Assembly (NCBI RefSeq): GCF_009914755.1
Contig: NC_060931.1
DNA: 64,000 nt
Strand: one strand, 5' to 3'
DNA from: the human T2T-CHM13v2.0 reference genome, Homo sapiens
A model generated the notes under the pieces. That model searched no databases. It was not told where the DNA came from and saw only the letters and a program-made list of their open reading frames with translations. Made by a program: the position numbers and the translations under genes. Positions 60,601 through 64,000 of the stretch are shown here, in pieces; the first letter of the stretch is position 1; the number at the start of each line of letters is the position of its first letter.

Positions 60601-63600
60601 TGCCGATTCTATAAAACGACTGTTTCCATACTGCTCAATCAAAAGAAAGTTTCAGCTGTGTGAGATGAAGGTAGAAGTCAAAAAGCAGTTTCTCAGAATG
60701 TTTCTTTCTACTTTTTATGTGAAGATATTTCCTGTTTTACCATAGGCCTCAAACCGCTCAGAAATATCCATCTGCAGAATCTAAAAAAAGACTGATTCCA
60801 AACTGTTCAATTAAAAGAAAAGTTCAACTCTGTGAGATGAATGCAAACATCACAAAGAAGTTTCTCAGAAAGCTTCAGTCTAGTGTTTATATGAAGATGT
60901 TTCCTTTTTCACCATAGGCCTCAATGCACCCCAGATATCCATTTGCAGTTCTACAAAAAGATTGTTTCCAAACTTATCTATCAAAAGAAAGGTTCAAGTC
61001 TGTGAGACTAAAGCACGCATCACAAAGATGTTTCTCCCAATGCTTATGTCTAGTTTTTATTTGAAGATATTTCATATTTGAAGATATTTCCTATCATAGG
61101 CCTCAATGGGTTCACAAATATCCCTTTGTAGATTCTACAAAGACCTGTTTACAAACTGCTGAAACAAAAGAAAGTTTCAGCTTTGTGAGATGAATGCACA
61201 CGTCACAAAGCAGTTTCTTAGAATCCTTCTGTCTAATTTTTATGTGAAGATATTTCCTATTTCACTATAGGCCTCAAAGCGCTCCAAATATACACTCGCA
61301 GATTCTACAAAAAGACTGTTTCCAAACTGCTCAATCAAAAGAAATGTTCGAATCTGTGAGATGAAAGCACAAATCACAAAGAATTTTCTCAGAATGCTTC
61401 TTTCTAGTTTTTATGTCCAGATATTTCCTTTTTTACCATAGGCCTCAATGGACTCAAAAATATCCCTTGGCAGATTCCACAAAGAACTGTGTCCAGACTG
61501 CTCAATCAAAGGAAAGATTCAACTCTGGGAGATGAATGCACACATAACAAAGAAGTTTCTCAGAATACTTCTGTCTAATTTTCATGTGAAGGTGTTTCTT
61601 TTTCACTATAGACCTCAAATTGCTCAGAAATATCCCTTTGCAGATTGTACAAAAAGACTGTTTCCAAACTGTTCAATCAAAAGAAAGGCTCAACTCTGTG
61701 AGATGAATGCACGCATCACAAAGAAGTTTCTCAGAAACCTTCAGTCTAGTTTTTATGTGAATGTATTTCCTTTTTCACCAGAGGCGTCAAAGCACTCCAA
61801 ATATCCAATTGCAGATTCTACAAAAAGACTGTTTCCAAACTGCTCAATCAAAGGAAAGATTCAACTCTGTGAGATGAATGCACACATCCCAACGAAGTTT
61901 CTCAGAAAGCTTCTGTATAGTTTTTATGTGAAGATATTTCCTATTTCACCATAGGATGCAATAGGGTCACAAATATCCCTTTGCAGATTCCAGAAAAAAC
62001 TGTTTCCGAACTGTTCAATCAAAATAAAGTTTCAACTCTGTGAGATGAATGCACTCATCACAAAGCAGCTTCTTAGAATGCTTCTGTCTAGTTTTTATGT
62101 GAAGACATTTCCATTTTCACCACAGGCCTCAAACTGCTCAAAAATATTCCTCTGCAGATTATGAAAAAAGACTGTTTATAAGCTGCTCAATAAAAAGAAA
62201 GTTTCAACTCTGTAAGATGAATGCACACATCATACAGAACTTTCTAGAAAGCATCTGCCTAGTTTTTAAATGAAGATAATTTCATATTCACCATAGGCCT
62301 CAAACCGCTCACAAATATCCCTCTGCAGAATCTACAAAAGACTGTTTCCAAACTGCTCAATCAAAAGAAAGTTTCAACTGTTTGAGGTGAAAGTACACAT
62401 CACAAAGCAGTTTCCCAAAAAGTTTCTGTCTAGTTTTTATGTGAAGATATTTCCTTTTTCACCATATGCCTCAAAGTGCTTCAAACATCCATTTGTGTAT
62501 TCTACACAAACACTGTTTCCAAACTTCTCAATTAAAAGAAATGCTCAACTCTGTGAGATGAAAGCACACATCACAAAGAAGTTTCTCAGAATGCTTCTGT
62601 CTAGTTTTTATGTGAAGATATTTCTTATTTCACCAGAGGCCTCAAAGGGGTCACAAATATCCGTTTGCAAATTCTACAATAATTGTTTCTAAACTGCTCA
62701 ATCAAAAGAAAGCTTGAACTCTGTGAGATGCATGTGCACATCACAAAGAAGTTTCTCAAAAAGCCTCTGTCTAGTTTTTATGTTAAGATATTTCCTTTTT
62801 CAACATAGGCCTCAAACTGCTCACAAATGTCCCACTGTATATTCTACAAAAAGACTGCCTCTAATCTTCTCAATCAAAAGGAAGGTTCAACTCTGTGAGA
62901 TGAAACATACATCGCAAAGCAGTTTCTTAGAGTGTTTCTGTCTAGTTTTTATGTGAATATATTTCTTATTTCACTGTAGGCCTTAAAGGCTCACAGATAT
63001 CCCTTTGCAGATTCCATAAAAAACTGTTTCCAAACTGCTCATTTCAATGAAAAGTTCAACTCTGTGTGATGAATGCACTCATCATAAAAAACATTCTCAG
63101 AAAGCTTCTGTCTAATTTTTATGTGAAGATATTTCCTTTTTCACCATGCACCTGAAAGTGCTCCAAATACCCCTTGGAAGTTTCTACAAAAAGACTGTCT
63201 CCAAACTGCTCTATCGAAAGAAAAGTTCAAGCCTGTGAGATGAAAGCACACGTCACAAAGAAGTTTCTCAGAAATCTAATGTCTAGTTTTTATGTGAAGA
63301 TATTTCTTTTTTCACCATAGGCATTGAAGGGCTCAAAAATATCCCTTTGTAGATTCTACAAAAAGACTGTTTCCAAACTGCTCAATCAAAATAAAGGTTC
63401 AAATCAGTGAGATGAAAGAACACATCACCAAGAATTTTCTCAGAAAGCTTCTGTCTAGTTTCTATGTGATGATATTTCCTTTTCCACCATGGGACTCAAA
63501 GGGCTCACAAATATCCTCTTGCAGATTCTACAAAAAGACTGTTTCCAAACTGCTCAATCGAAGGAAAGGTTCAATTCTGTGAGATGAAAGCACACGTCAC

Positions 63601-64000
63601 AAAGAACTTTCTCAGAAATCTCCTGTCTAGTTTTTATGTGAAGACATTTCCTTTTCCACCATAGTCCTCAAAGCGCTCCAAATATCACTTGGCAGATTCT
63701 ACAAAAAGTGTGATTCGAAACTCCTCAATCAAAATAAGGGTTCAACTCCTTGAGATGAGTGCACACATCACAAAGATGTTTCCAAAAAGCTTCTGTCTAT
63801 TTTTTATGTGAAGATATTTCCTTTTTCACCGTAGGCCTCAAAGGGCTCCAAATATCTCTCTGCAGATCTACAAAAAGACTGTATTCAAACTGCTCAATCA
63901 AAGGAAATGTTCAAATCTGTTGAGATGAATGCACACATCACAAACATGTTTCTCAGAATGATTTTGTCTAGTTTTTCTATGAAGATATTTCCTTTTTCAC
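48658..64000 (-). repeat. Alpha satellite, monomeric, inverted orientation (block-3-like)
   Basis: Units read TTTCCAAACTGCTCAATCAAAAGAAAGGTTCAACTCTGTGAGATGAATGCACACATCACAAAGAAGTTTCTCAG, the reverse complement of the upstream units, to the end of the window. Confidence 0.96.

Overview
This window is primate (human-like) pericentromeric DNA with no host genes, RNA genes or CRISPR arrays. About 90% is divergent, monomeric alpha satellite (~171-172 bp units carrying the A-box/pJalpha motif CTATGGTGAAAAAGGAA; I found no intact CENP-B box). The satellite falls into three blocks with different diagnostic monomers (about 1-12.5 kb, 12.5-27 kb and 27-64 kb) and switches strand sharply at ~48657. It is interrupted by one AluY (13680-13970, 14-bp TSD) and two 5'-truncated minus-strand L1PA3/4-like elements (31340-33774 and 37514-40854). 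The ORFs in the track are either broken L1 ORF2 pieces or chance frames in satellite or Alu. I found no new protein-coding system. The interesting signal is structural. The two L1 bodies share several non-consensus variants, including the RT-inactivating FADD>FADN, and end within 25 bp of each other, which points to one insertion copied by array duplication. The first copy appears to be a chimera of two L1s. Several junctions carry short templated or inverted inserts. The supposedly monomeric satellite retains relic 3-, 4-, 11- and 15-21-mer periodicities. All alignments and subfamily calls were made by eye from recalled consensus sequences and need computational confirmation.
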